Source of the DNA: an uncultured Clostridia bacterium
Lineage (GTDB): Bacteria; Bacillota; Clostridia; Oscillospirales; CAG-272
NCBI GenBank assembly: GCA_944381085.1
Contig: CALWJX010000093.1
Span: 11,240 to 75,239, forward strand
Length of the DNA: 64,000 nucleotides
Reading direction: 5' to 3'
Positions 1 through 9,927 of this stretch are shown here, piece by piece (position 1 is the stretch's first letter; each line of letters opens with the position of its first letter). The position numbers and the translations under genes are program-made. Under the pieces are notes generated by a model. It worked only from the letters and a program-made list of their open reading frames with translations. It had not been told where the DNA came from and did no database searches.

Positions 1-403
1 ATCCCGGAATGGTCTGCATATGGTTGTCAATGTGCTGATAAAGCGTACCGCCCATAAAAACATTCAGCACCTGTATGCCGCGGCATATTCCGAGTATGGG
101 CTTTTTCGACTCGTATACAGGTCTGAACATGGCAGCCTCAAACGAGTCTCTTTCTTCATCTATCTGAACGCTGTCAAATTGCTTTTCCTCGCCGTAATAC
201 TTTGGATCAATGTCAATTCCTCCGCTGAACAGAAATCCGTCAAACATTCCGACGTATTCGTTTATTTTTTCTTTATCCGTCGTATACGGCAATATAACTC
301 CCAAAGCGTTTCCGCAATCCCACAGCGCATTGAGATATCTCCAGCTTACGCCCATAGCTTCGCCGTATTTTGACGGCATTATACCAATCATAGGTCTTTT
401 CAT
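1..403 (-). CDS. Peptidase C26 / class I glutamine amidotransferase-like protein (gamma-glutamyl-GABA hydrolase family). N-terminal 134 codons only; the C-terminus lies beyond the window start.
   Basis: Absent from the ORF track because it is truncated. Manual reverse translation from ATG 403-401 gives MKRPMIGIMPSKYGEAMGVSWRYLNALWDCGNALGVILPYTTDKEKINEYVGMFDGFLFSGGIDIDPKYYGEE...KKPILGICRGIQVLNVFMGGTLYQH. It contains the GICRG nucleophile motif. An AAAGGA RBS sits 7 nt upstream, and the frame stays open to position 1. Confidence 0.7.
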   Translation of the reverse strand, partial: MKRPMIGIMPSKYGEAMGVSWRYLNALWDCGNALGVILPYTTDKEKINEYVGMFDGFLFSGGIDIDPKYYGEEKQFDSVQIDEERDSFEAAMFRPVYESKKPILGICRGIQVLNVFMGGTLYQHIDNHMQTIPG

Positions 404-463
404 AAAGCATTCCTTTCAGTCGCTTGATAAAATTTCATCCCGGGACGATATTTAAACCGCCGT

Positions 464-1156
464 TCAGTTCATGTATTTGTCACTGCCGTTTATAACGGAA
501 ATAAAATTATCAACAAGATGCAGCATATCCGGCAAAATATAGCAAAGAAAAAGACAAAGGACAACAGCAAATATGAACACACAAACGACAGAAACGACAT
601 TAGCCCCTTTGGCGTCAAATTTAATTTCCGCCGCTATTCTTTTTTCTTCGGGAATATAAAAATGCATGGTGTCGCAGTCGCGTTTGAATTCCGGGGCCTT
701 AAATTTAGGCTTCTTTTTGTCGTTCTCGTGCATCTTTTCAAATTCGGCCTGTTTTCTTTCGATTTCAGCCATAAATTCGTCTTCTTCTTTGCATCTTACC
801 CACCTTGACAAAACAGTACCTCGTTTAATGCTTCCTCTCACCCCCGGATTTTTTGCATATCCGAGGTCATACAGCGTCTGAGCGGAAGAATGATCATAGC
901 ATTCTTCTCTGATAAGCTTTCTGACAAAACCTCCGAGGGCTCTTTTGTCATAAGCGGAAAACGCGGAGGCGATCGCTATGCCCATTGTCACACCTATTAT
1001 TACCAATCTGAGTGATATCAGAGTACCTGTGCCAAAACTGAAATTGTCAAACTCTCCCAAGTCTACGGAGAAATACTTATCGGATATATATTGCCACAGC
1101 TCCGCAAAAAGAGAAGTATCTTCAGATAAAAGAAAATTAAAGTACATATATTTCAA
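464..1156 (-). CDS. Hypothetical membrane protein
   Basis: 230-aa ORF with hydrophobic segments (LISLRLVIIGVTMGIAIASAF; VVSVVCVFIFAVVLCLFLCYIL) and a charged central region. It is co-directional with serS. No family recognised. Confidence 0.55.
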   Translation of the reverse strand: MKYMYFNFLLSEDTSLFAELWQYISDKYFSVDLGEFDNFSFGTGTLISLRLVIIGVTMGIAIASAFSAYDKRALGGFVRKLIREECYDHSSAQTLYDLGYAKNPGVRGSIKRGTVLSRWVRCKEEDEFMAEIERKQAEFEKMHENDKKKPKFKAPEFKRDCDTMHFYIPEEKRIAAEIKFDAKGANVVSVVCVFIFAVVLCLFLCYILPDMLHLVDNFISVINGSDKYMN

Positions 1157-1205
1157 AATTCCTTATATCATAATTTCAGTATTTTCGCGCATAAAGACTG
1201 ATACT

Positions 1206-2486
1206 TTATTTTTTGATTATATCTGTTCCGACATATTTGCGCAGGACTTCAGGAACAGTGACGCTACCGTCCGCATTCTGATTCTGTTCAACAAGCGCCG
1301 GCAATATTCTCGATGTCGCGAGCCCGGACCCGTTTAGCGTATGGACATACTCTATTTTTCCGCTGCCGCGCTTTACTCTCATCATGCCGCGCCTCGCCTG
1401 ATAATCACGGGCGTTAGAAACAGAGCTGACCTCTTTGTATCCGTTCATTGAGGGTATATTAATTTCAATATCGTAAGTCCTTGCCATAGACGCCGAGCAG
1501 TCTTCCGCCGCAAGCTTTACCGTTCTGAAATGGAATCCGAGTCCTTTTACAAGAGCTTCCGCCTTCCCGACCAATTCTTCAAAAGCTTCGTCGGACTTTT
1601 CGGGCAAGGTATATTGAACCATTTCGACCTTATTGAACTGATGACCTCTTACCATTCCCCTTTCATCCGCGCGGTAAGAACCCGCTTCACGTCTGAAACA
1701 AGGCGTATAGCTGATATATTTTCTGGGAAGATCGGACTCGTTAAGCAATTCGTCTCTGTGAAGCGATACCAAAGCGGTCTCAGCGGTCGGGAGCATAAAC
1801 CTGCGGCGTTCATCCTCTGCCGTTTCAAGCCAATATACTTCCTCGCTGAATTTCGGGAATTGTCCCGCGGTCAGACCGCATTCATACCCAAGCATATGAG
1901 GGACAAGCACAAGCTCGTACCCGTCCGCAATATGTGTATCAATAAAGTAATTGAGCAATGCCCACTCAAGCCGCGCTCCCATACCTCTGTATATCCAGAA
2001 TCCGGCTCCCGAGAGCTTGGCTCCGCGCTTATAATCAATAAGTCCGAGATCGGTACAAAGATCCACATGATTTTTGGGTTCAAAATCAAACCTGTGAGGT
2101 TCTCCGTAATATCTCAGCGGTTCGTTGTTTTCCTTTCCACCGGGCTTGAGATCCGGGTCCGGAAGGTTCGGAAGAGCAAGCATTACCGAAGTCAACTGAG
2201 TTTCAACTTCTTTGAGCACTTCCTCGTTTGCCTTTGATTTGGCTCCGAGTTCTTTTGATTTTTCAAAGACAGGAGCGGGATCCTTTCCTTCTTTTTTATA
2301 CTGAGGTATCATTTTGGAAAGCTTATTCTGTTCCGCCTTATATGCTTCGGTCTCCGCTATCAGCGAACGGCGTTTCGCGTCAAGCTCAAGTATTTTCGCG
2401 ATTTCTTCTTTCGCGTCTTTGCCCTTTTTGGCAAGTCTCTCAATCACTTCATCGGGTTTTTCTTTAATATAATTTATGTCAAGCAT
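1206..2486 (-). CDS. serS: Seryl-tRNA synthetase
   Basis: 426 aa. Has the N-terminal coiled-coil arm (MLDINYIKEKPDEV...) and class II aaRS core motifs (TPCFRREAGSY, HTLNGSGLATSR). Confidence 0.95.
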   Translation of the reverse strand: MLDINYIKEKPDEVIERLAKKGKDAKEEIAKILELDAKRRSLIAETEAYKAEQNKLSKMIPQYKKEGKDPAPVFEKSKELGAKSKANEEVLKEVETQLTSVMLALPNLPDPDLKPGGKENNEPLRYYGEPHRFDFEPKNHVDLCTDLGLIDYKRGAKLSGAGFWIYRGMGARLEWALLNYFIDTHIADGYELVLVPHMLGYECGLTAGQFPKFSEEVYWLETAEDERRRFMLPTAETALVSLHRDELLNESDLPRKYISYTPCFRREAGSYRADERGMVRGHQFNKVEMVQYTLPEKSDEAFEELVGKAEALVKGLGFHFRTVKLAAEDCSASMARTYDIEINIPSMNGYKEVSSVSNARDYQARRGMMRVKRGSGKIEYVHTLNGSGLATSRILPALVEQNQNADGSVTVPEVLRKYVGTDIIKK

Positions 2487-2546
2487 ATGCTTTTTTACCT
2501 TTCATGTATTCCGTTTATTTATATATTCTTGCGATTCTGACATTTT

Positions 2547-3428
2547 TTATTCGGCAAATATATCTTTTCCGCAAATCAACGTCAGAAGTTCTTCAAGGTC
2601 GTCGTCATTGTCAAATGAAAGCTCCAGAGTTTTCTTTTTCTGAGATTGATTTATCTTTGCTTTTCGTCCGAGCTTTTCCATAACGCGCTTTTCAAGGTCT
2701 CTCATATAGACACGTCTTTGCGCGTCGGGTTTTTCTTCCGAGTCATCTTCGTCTTTTTGCGCAAGCATATTTTTTACAGCCTTTTCCACTTCTCTGACGG
2801 AAAGATCTTTGTCCACAATCTTCTGCGCGAGCATAATCATGTCATTGTCGTCCTTAAGCCCCAGCAACGCTCTCGCATGTCCGCCGGATATTTTGCCGCC
2901 TTTCAAAAGCTGAAGAACCTCATCCGGCAGGTCAAGAAGTCTGAGCATATTCGCAATTGCCGATCGACTCTTTCCCACCTCTTTGGATATTTGCTCCTGA
3001 GTGAGTGAAAATCTCTCAATCAACGCATTGTATGCCAGCGCTTCTTCCACAGGATTCAGATTTTCCCTCTGTATATTTTCCACCAAGGCAATCTGTGAAA
3101 ATTTCAGATCGTCCCCGTCTATCACGATTACCGGTATTTCGGAAAGCCCCGCCATTTTTGCGGCTCTCCATCTTCTTTCGCCGGCAATGATCTCATAGCT
3201 GCCTTTAAAATCCGAATTTTCTCTGACAATTATGGGTTGAATAACCCCATGTATGGATATAGAATCCGCCAAAGTCTGCAGTCCCTCTTCATCAAAAGAT
3301 TTTCTCGGCTGATCTTTTCTGGGTTCTATGTCCGAAATTTTGAGAGAAGTAACCGAATCTTTTTTCTCTTCTATCATATTATCGTCAAGTATCGAATAAA
3401 AATCTCTTCCGAGTCCGCCCCTTGCCAT
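2547..3428 (-). CDS. spo0J: ParB/Spo0J chromosome partitioning protein
   Basis: 293 aa. Has the ParB box (IIAGERRWRAAKMAG) and an HTH region (LTQEQISKEVGKSRSAIANMLRLL). It lies immediately downstream of soj. Confidence 0.9.
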   Translation of the reverse strand: MARGGLGRDFYSILDDNMIEEKKDSVTSLKISDIEPRKDQPRKSFDEEGLQTLADSISIHGVIQPIIVRENSDFKGSYEIIAGERRWRAAKMAGLSEIPVIVIDGDDLKFSQIALVENIQRENLNPVEEALAYNALIERFSLTQEQISKEVGKSRSAIANMLRLLDLPDEVLQLLKGGKISGGHARALLGLKDDNDMIMLAQKIVDKDLSVREVEKAVKNMLAQKDEDDSEEKPDAQRRVYMRDLEKRVMEKLGRKAKINQSQKKKTLELSFDNDDDLEELLTLICGKDIFAE

Positions 3429-3445
3429 TTCAGTTCCTCCTTATA

Positions 3446-4207
3446 TTATATTCTGCTTGCAAGCTCTTTTGCCACGGAAAGATACTCGACAGCACCTTTT
3501 GATTTTTTATCATGATAATATACAGGCATTCCGAAGCCCGGCGCCTCGGAAACCTTGACTCCTCTTGATATTTTGGTTTCAAACAGCTTGTCCGCATAGT
3601 GTTTGTTCAGCTCGTTAATGACCTGCAGCGAAAGCAGCAACCGATTGTTATACATGGTTATCAATATTCCGGTTATGTTAAGCGCATTGTTGAAATTGGA
3701 TTTTATTTTGTTAATGGTAACCGTCAGTTGGGACAGTCCCTCAAGCGCATAGAATTCACACTGCATAGGTATCACTATTCCGTCGCTGGCAACCATAGAG
3801 TTTACCGTGAGCATACTCAAAGAAGGCGGACAATCTATAATTATGTAGTCATATTTGTCCTTGATAGGAGCAAGCGCCTCTTTCATTATTCTTTCGCTTC
3901 CGCCGTCTTGGTAAAGATTATATTCAGCCCCGGCAAGTGCTATATTGGCCGGTATGATGCTCAGATTGGTATACTCGGTCACTCTTGTCGCGTCTTCGGC
4001 GGAAATTTCGCCCAGCATTACATCATTAATAGTGGCTTTCAAAGCTTTTTTTGATATTCCGACTCCGCTCGTCGCGTTCCCCTGAGGGTCAAGGTCAACA
4101 AGAAGTATCTTATAACCGAGCACGCCGAGAGATGCGGCTATATTTACGGCAGAGGTGGTTTTGCCCACGCCGCCCTTTTGATTCGCGAATGATATTGTTT
4201 TTCCCAA
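3446..4207 (-). CDS. soj: ParA/Soj partitioning ATPase
   Basis: 253 aa with the deviant Walker A motif NQKGGVGKTT. ParA-family sequence throughout. Confidence 0.92.
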   Translation of the reverse strand: MGKTISFANQKGGVGKTTSAVNIAASLGVLGYKILLVDLDPQGNATSGVGISKKALKATINDVMLGEISAEDATRVTEYTNLSIIPANIALAGAEYNLYQDGGSERIMKEALAPIKDKYDYIIIDCPPSLSMLTVNSMVASDGIVIPMQCEFYALEGLSQLTVTINKIKSNFNNALNITGILITMYNNRLLLSLQVINELNKHYADKLFETKISRGVKVSEAPGFGMPVYYHDKKSKGAVEYLSVAKELASRI

Positions 4208-4304
4208 AGTTTCTGCCTCCCGTTTTTTATAAAATAATTATACTATATTTTTATCGTTTTTTCAATAGTAAAATTTATATTATTATGAAATTTTTTGTGT
4301 GCAT

Positions 4305-4320
4305 GGTTTCACGTGAAACA
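4305..4320. promoter_or_regulatory. parS site 1 (GGTTTCACGTGAAACA, 15/16 to consensus)
   Basis: Matches the Firmicute parS consensus TGTTNCACGTGAAACA. Located between soj and rsmG. Confidence 0.8.
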
Positions 4321-4339
4321 ACAGCCATCTCAAAGCAGC

Positions 4340-4355
4340 GGTTTCACGTGAAACA
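4340..4355. promoter_or_regulatory. parS site 2 (GGTTTCACGTGAAACA)
   Basis: Same 16-mer as site 1, 35 bp downstream. Confidence 0.8.
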
Positions 4356-4380
4356 TTTTATTCAAAATAAAACCGGTCAC

Positions 4381-4396
4381 TGTTTCACGTGAAACA
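4381..4396. promoter_or_regulatory. parS site 3 (TGTTTCACGTGAAACA, perfect consensus)
   Basis: Perfect 16-bp palindromic parS, 2 bp from the rsmG stop codon. Confidence 0.85.
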
Positions 4397-4398
4397 AT

Positions 4399-5124
4399 TT
4401 AAAGCGGATTCTTTTTTATCTGATTAAATTTTCTTGGATATTGACCCGGAGTTTTACCCACCTTTTCAAAAATCAGAATTGTTCTGTTCACACGCTCATT
4501 ATTATGCTTGAGCTCATAATTCATGCTTTTCTTAAAAATCCCGCCGAGCTTATCGGTTGCGGGTTTAGACTCTTCAAGCTCTTCGGCTGCTGAAATCGAC
4601 TTCATAGCACAAAACATGCCGTTTTTCTTTATAAGCGGCAAACACAGCTCCGCAAGTATATTAAGCCTTGCCACCGCGCGCGAAACACAGGCATCAAAGC
4701 TTTCCCTCTTTGTTTGTGCATACTCTTCCGCTCTGGCACACACAGTGTCAACATTGTATAGCCCTATCAGCTCGGCAACGCTTTTTACAAAAGATATTTT
4801 CTTTGCGGTGGAATCCAAAGCCGTAATTTTCAAATCAGGGCGCGCAATCGCGAGCGGAATCGACGGGAAACCACCTCCGCAGCCCACGTCTATCAAAACG
4901 GCGTTTTGCGGTATTATGTCGGCAAGTATAATGCAGTCGGCAAAATGTTTCAGAACAATTTCGCCCGGCTCTGTAATAGCGGTTAAATTGGTGTGCGCGT
5001 TTACTTCAATCAGTTTTCGATAAAATAGCGTCAATTTACTCAAACTGTCTTTTCTGAGATGCATCTGCAAATTATTTTCCGTCAAAATTGATTCAAGCAA
5101 GATTTCAAAATCATTTGTATTCAA
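4399..5124 (-). CDS. rsmG: 16S rRNA (guanine527-N7)-methyltransferase RsmG/GidB
   Basis: 241 aa with the SAM-binding motif IDVGCGGGFPSIPLAI. Conserved position between mnmG and soj. Confidence 0.9.
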   Translation of the reverse strand: MNTNDFEILLESILTENNLQMHLRKDSLSKLTLFYRKLIEVNAHTNLTAITEPGEIVLKHFADCIILADIIPQNAVLIDVGCGGGFPSIPLAIARPDLKITALDSTAKKISFVKSVAELIGLYNVDTVCARAEEYAQTKRESFDACVSRAVARLNILAELCLPLIKKNGMFCAMKSISAAEELEESKPATDKLGGIFKKSMNYELKHNNERVNRTILIFEKVGKTPGQYPRKFNQIKKNPL

Positions 5125-5133
5125 AGCATATCC

Positions 5134-7029
5134 TCACTTTATTCCAAAATATATTAAAAGCACGGAAATATCAGCGGGATTCACTCCGCTTATTCTTGAC
5201 GCCTGACCTATGGTAAGAGGCTTTACTTTATTGAGCTTCTGCGCGGCTTCAATTCTGAGTCCCTTTATCTGTTCATAATCGACGTCCGGAGACAATTTCT
5301 TTGCGTCCAACTTTGACTTTCTCGCAACCTCATTGAGCTGTTTTTTTACATATCCCTCATATTTAATATCGGTTTCCACCGTTATAATGACGCCGCGCGG
5401 AAGTTCGGGCCTGTCTTTGTCGAGTTCGGCTGTTTCTTCATAGCTAAAGTCCGGTCTTCTTATCAAATCGGCAAGAGATATTCCCGATTTTGCCGCTTCT
5501 TTTCCGCGACTTTGTAAAAAGTCGCTTGCCTTTTCTTTTGAAATATATGTATTTTCCAGTCTTTCGACTTCCGCAATTTCAAGTTTTCTTTTTTGAGTGT
5601 AATATTCATACTGAGCGTCGCTTACAAGTCCCGCTTCTCTGCCTATCGGAGTCAGACGACAGTCCGCGTTATCCTGGCGCAACAAAAGTCTGTACTCAGA
5701 TCTTGACGTCATCATTCTGTAAGGCTCGCTCGTGCCCTTCGTGGTCAAATCGTCAATCAATGTCCCTATATAACTTTCCGAGCGCTTCAATATCATCGGT
5801 TCCCTGTGTCTGATTTTCAAAACCGCGTTAATTCCGGCGACAAGCCCCTGCGCGGCAGCCTCCTCATATCCCGACGTCCCGTTGAACTGCCCCGCCCCAT
5901 ACAGTCCCGAAATTTTTTTGAATTCAAGCGTGGCAAACAGCTGCAGCGGGTCTGCACAGTCGTATTCAATGGCATACGCATACCTCATTATCTGAGCCCT
6001 TTCAAAACCTTTTAAAGACCTCAGCATTTTATACTGTACGTCCGCGGGCAGTGAGGTTGAAAAACCCTGTATGTACATCTCCTCCGTATTCTCCCCCATA
6101 GGCTCGACAAACAGCTGATGCCTTTCCTTATCCGCGAACCGCACAAGTTTGTCTTCTATAGACGGGCAATATCTGGGACCCGTACCGTGTATTTTGCCGG
6201 AATACATGGCGGAACGACTTATATTTTCTCTTATTATTCTGTGTGTGTTCTCATTGGTATAAACAATATAACACGGAAGTTGTTTTATACTGTTCGCAGT
6301 CTTGGGATCAGTGGCAAAAGAATAAGGTACGATATAGTCTTCGCCCGGTTGTATTTCAAGTTCCGACAGATTTATAGAGCTTTTTTTAACCCGCGCGGGT
6401 GTGCCTGTTTTGAAGCGCATGATTTTTACGCCGTTATCCGCAAGAGATTTTGTAAGCTTCTCCGCGGCGGTCATCCCGTCCGGTCCGGACGGATAATTCA
6501 CATCCCCCACAAATATTCTTCCGGCAAGATAAGTACCCGTGCAGACAATAACCGCTTTGCATTTCCACATCTCGCCAAGATGTGTTATGACGCCCGTTAT
6601 TTTTTTTTCATACCCGTTTTCATTAAAATCTTCAGTCAGAATTTCAGTCACTTCAGACTGTATAAGCCTCAGGTTTTCGGTGTGCTCTATGACTTCTTTC
6701 ATCAGTTGACGGTATTTGATCCTGTCAGCCTGGATTCTTTTTGAATGAACAGCCGCGCCTTTTCCGAGGTTCAAGGTTCTTGACTGAAGAGCGACCTTGT
6801 CAGCCACACGCCCCATCTCACCTCCGAGCGCGTCAATTTCATACACAAGATGACCTTTCGCCGTCCCTCCCACAGACGGATTGCAAGGCATGTTGGCAAT
6901 GCTGTCCAACGAAAGCGTAAAAAGCACTGTATCCAATCCCATCCTTGCGCAAGCCAGAGCCGCCTCTACACCGGCGTGCCCCGCTCCGATCACAATTACA
7001 TCAGTTGTAAGTTCCATTTTCAACTTCAT
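5134..7029 (-). CDS. mnmG: tRNA uridine 5-carboxymethylaminomethyl modification enzyme MnmG/GidA
   Basis: FAD-binding motif DVIVIGAGHAGVEAA and MnmG-like sequence throughout. The ORF-track start (7071) is a TTG that overlaps ahcY. In-frame ATGs at 7029 and 7017 are more plausible, so the exact start is uncertain. Confidence 0.9.
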   Translation of the reverse strand: MKLKMELTTDVIVIGAGHAGVEAALACARMGLDTVLFTLSLDSIANMPCNPSVGGTAKGHLVYEIDALGGEMGRVADKVALQSRTLNLGKGAAVHSKRIQADRIKYRQLMKEVIEHTENLRLIQSEVTEILTEDFNENGYEKKITGVITHLGEMWKCKAVIVCTGTYLAGRIFVGDVNYPSGPDGMTAAEKLTKSLADNGVKIMRFKTGTPARVKKSSINLSELEIQPGEDYIVPYSFATDPKTANSIKQLPCYIVYTNENTHRIIRENISRSAMYSGKIHGTGPRYCPSIEDKLVRFADKERHQLFVEPMGENTEEMYIQGFSTSLPADVQYKMLRSLKGFERAQIMRYAYAIEYDCADPLQLFATLEFKKISGLYGAGQFNGTSGYEEAAAQGLVAGINAVLKIRHREPMILKRSESYIGTLIDDLTTKGTSEPYRMMTSRSEYRLLLRQDNADCRLTPIGREAGLVSDAQYEYYTQKRKLEIAEVERLENTYISKEKASDFLQSRGKEAAKSGISLADLIRRPDFSYEETAELDKDRPELPRGVIITVETDIKYEGYVKKQLNEVARKSKLDAKKLSPDVDYEQIKGLRIEAAQKLNKVKPLTIGQASRISGVNPADISVLLIYFGIK

Positions 7030-7051
7030 TCCTCTAAAAACCGGTTTTAAC

Positions 7052-8296
7052 TCACATGTCCGCGTTTTCAATATACTTTTTTTGTTCTTTTGTGAGAGAA
7101 TCTATTTCCACGCCGAGAGAGCGCAGCTTGATTCGGGCAATTTCATTGTCTATATCCGGCGGAACCGAATACACTTTATTTTCAAGTTTTCCTTTATTGC
7201 GCGCGAGAAATTCAAGCGATTTGGCCTGAATGGCAAAGCTCATGTCCATTATCTCCGCGGGATGTCCGTTTCCCGCGGCAAGATTTACAAGTCTTCCCTC
7301 CGCGAGCAAATTCAGCATTCTTCCGTCACTCAGCTGATAGCCCGTTATGTTCGGCTTTCTTTCAAATATCTTGACCGCGCGGCTCTCAAGATCCTTTTTA
7401 TTTATTTCCACATCGAAATGTCCGCTGTTTGCAAGTAAAACCCCATCTTTCATTTTGTCAAAATGTCTGCCCACAATAACATCAGAACAACCCGTCACAG
7501 TCACAAACAAATCTCCGATTGCCGCGGCGTCATCCATAGGCATCACTCTGTAGCCCTCCATAATCGCCTCAATGGCTTTAACGGGATCTATTTCGGTCAC
7601 AATGACCGAAGCTCCCATCCCCTTGGCTCTCATGGCAAGACCCTTCCCGCACCAGCCAAACCCCGCGATTACCACGGTTTTTCCGGCTATAACCAAGTTA
7701 GTGCTGTTCATGATTCCGTCAAGTGTAGACTGACCGGTACCATAGCGATTATCGAACAATTGTTTGCAATTCGCGTCGTTTACATCTACCATCGGGAAAT
7801 CAAGCTTACCCGCTTTCTCTCTTGCAAAAAGTCTGTGAATGCCCGTGGTAGTCTCTTCGCACCCGCCTGTGAGGTTTTCGGCGTAAAGTCTGCTTTCTCC
7901 GTGCAAAAGGCTGACAAAATCTCCTCCGTCGTCTATTATGAGATCCGGGCGGCACGAGAGAGCCGCCTTGAGGTCGTCCCTGTATTCATTTTCGGTGGCG
8001 CCGTGAACCGCAAACACTTCAAATCCGTCGCTCGCCAGCGCCGCGGCGACGTCGTCCTGAGTTGACAATGGATTGCACCCCGTCGCATAAACCTTTGCTC
8101 CTCCGCTGCGCAGCACGTACGCCAAATTCGCCGTTTTGGCTTCAAGATGTATTGACATCGCAATCTTAAGTCCGGCAAAGGGTTTCGTTGATCTGAATTC
8201 TTCTTCTATAAGGCTGAGTATAGGCATATATGAACGCACCCAGTTTATTTTTTCGCGTCCGGAAGGCGCGAGGTCGATATTTTTTATTCTGCTCAT
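7052..8296 (-). CDS. ahcY: Adenosylhomocysteinase (short, about 415-aa type)
   Basis: 414 aa. Has the NAD-binding motif IAGFGWCGKG, plus CNPLSTQDDVAAAL and DDGGD motifs. ATG at 8296 is preceded by AGGAAG. Confidence 0.88.
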   Translation of the reverse strand: MSRIKNIDLAPSGREKINWVRSYMPILSLIEEEFRSTKPFAGLKIAMSIHLEAKTANLAYVLRSGGAKVYATGCNPLSTQDDVAAALASDGFEVFAVHGATENEYRDDLKAALSCRPDLIIDDGGDFVSLLHGESRLYAENLTGGCEETTTGIHRLFAREKAGKLDFPMVDVNDANCKQLFDNRYGTGQSTLDGIMNSTNLVIAGKTVVIAGFGWCGKGLAMRAKGMGASVIVTEIDPVKAIEAIMEGYRVMPMDDAAAIGDLFVTVTGCSDVIVGRHFDKMKDGVLLANSGHFDVEINKKDLESRAVKIFERKPNITGYQLSDGRMLNLLAEGRLVNLAAGNGHPAEIMDMSFAIQAKSLEFLARNKGKLENKVYSVPPDIDNEIARIKLRSLGVEIDSLTKEQKKYIENADM

Positions 8297-8750
8297 ATTA
8301 ACTTCCTGTTTATTTATATATTTTTAATTTTAAAAAATACAATCAATAAAATGTTGTATCGGTATTATTATTTTATCAGATTGTATGTGTTTCGTCAAGT
8401 GCTTAAACATATTTTTACGCGCCGTTTATAAACTTGTTTTTGAATAGACTATACTAAAATCAGTTATCAGAGATTTTTTCTTCTTCAAAAAGTATAAAAA
8501 CTTCTTTAAAAACACAGAAAATTCACTCAAAAATCAAGTCTTTATTATAGTAAGTTGCATCTGTGTTCATTGCCAGTTTACATTTTAATGATATACTAAC
8601 AAATATATCACTGAAATGACTTCCAATCTTATCAATATATGTTTGTCTCTTCCGCCTCAGTAAAAAAATGATGCGGAATTTACGAATTAATCGGCGAAAA
8701 AACGTAAAAAAGCCCAATGACTTCGGGAAAGGCAAGGTTTATCGGAAAAT

Positions 8751-9851
8751 ATGATAAAAATTGAACACCTTATAAAAAACTACGGCACAAACTGCGCCGT
8801 TGACGATATCAGTTTTGAGGTGGAGCAGGGGGAGACGGTAGGCTTTCTCGGTCCTAACGGCGCGGGCAAGAGCACTACCATGAATATTCTGACGGGATAC
8901 CTGTCCGCCACGTCGGGAAAGGTGACCATTTCCGGCATAGATATTCTCTCAGACCCGCTGGGCGCGAAAAAGCTTATCGGTTATTTGCCGGAGCAGCCTC
9001 CGCTTTATCTTGACATGACGGTTGACGAATATCTTAATTTCAATTACGAACTTAAGGGATGTACTTTGAGCCGCGAGCACCATCTTGCCGAAATCTGCGA
9101 GGTCGTGAAGATAACCGACGTCCGCAAGAGAGTAATACGCAACCTTTCCAAGGGATATCGTCAGCGCGTGGGCATAGCGCAGGCGCTTATAGGAAATCCG
9201 TCCGTTATTATTTTTGACGAACCGACAGTGGGTCTTGACCCCAAACAGATAATAGAAATCAGAAACCTGATAAGAACGCTTGGAAAAGACCACACCGTTA
9301 TACTTTCAACGCATATTCTGCAGGAAGTACAGGCGGTATGCGACAGAATCATAATCATAAACAAGGGCAGGATAGTGGCTGACGAAAAAACCGAAAACAT
9401 CACTCGCGCGGTGGAAAACAACAGACGTTTCAACGCGAAGATATGCGGACCGCAGAAAGATATACTCGCCCTGCTCAAGTCAATGCCCGGAATAATATAT
9501 GCGGAGGCGCTTGCCGAAAAGGACGGCGACGCTTACACCTACATGATAGAGAGCGAATACGGAGTGGATATCCGAAAAAAGTTGTTTTATACCCTTTCGG
9601 AAAAGGGGTGGGCGCTTGTGGGACTTGAGGCTTTGGGAATGAGTCTTGAGGATATATTCATTACGGTGGTAGACAAATCAACTGCTGACGAATCCCGCGT
9701 ATCAAGATACGCGAGAAGGACCGACAGAAAGAAAAAAGCCAGAACAAGGACGTCGCTTGAGACCGATGTTGCTGAATCGTTGGTAGAGGATGCCGAAAAG
9801 AAAAGGGAAGAGGAAGCGGAGCAGTCAGATACCGAGGACGACGAGGATTAG
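8751..9851 (+). CDS. ABC transporter ATP-binding protein (ABC-2/GldA-like) with an acidic/basic C-terminal tail
   Basis: Walker A GPNGAGKST, signature LSKGYRQRV, Walker B IIFDEPTVGLD. Has a roughly 60-aa highly charged tail (..RKKKARTRT..EEEAEQSDTEDDED). Confidence 0.9.
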   Translation: MIKIEHLIKNYGTNCAVDDISFEVEQGETVGFLGPNGAGKSTTMNILTGYLSATSGKVTISGIDILSDPLGAKKLIGYLPEQPPLYLDMTVDEYLNFNYELKGCTLSREHHLAEICEVVKITDVRKRVIRNLSKGYRQRVGIAQALIGNPSVIIFDEPTVGLDPKQIIEIRNLIRTLGKDHTVILSTHILQEVQAVCDRIIIINKGRIVADEKTENITRAVENNRRFNAKICGPQKDILALLKSMPGIIYAEALAEKDGDAYTYMIESEYGVDIRKKLFYTLSEKGWALVGLEALGMSLEDIFITVVDKSTADESRVSRYARRTDRKKKARTRTSLETDVAESLVEDAEKKREEEAEQSDTEDDED

Positions 9852-9927
9852 TATTTTTGCCGCAAACCACCCGACTTCAGACATTTAAATCCCGTTATTG
9901 CGCGGGTTTCACAGAAAGGAAACAAAA

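Noticed and set aside
20-455. Plus-strand ORFs 20-373 and 210-455
   Set aside because: They lie antisense to a much better minus-strand reading frame, the C26 peptidase N-terminus, which has an RBS and a catalytic motif. Their sequences look like shadow ORFs.
1530-2237. 235-aa plus-strand ORF
   Set aside because: It is antisense to serS.
2487-2546. Possible T-box leader upstream of serS
   Set aside because: Only 60 nt separate serS from the parB stop, which is too short for a T-box riboswitch.
8523-8735. 70-aa minus-strand ORF in the AT-rich spacer
   Set aside because: It has low-complexity basic composition, no RBS, and lies in a probable promoter or leader region of the ABC operon.
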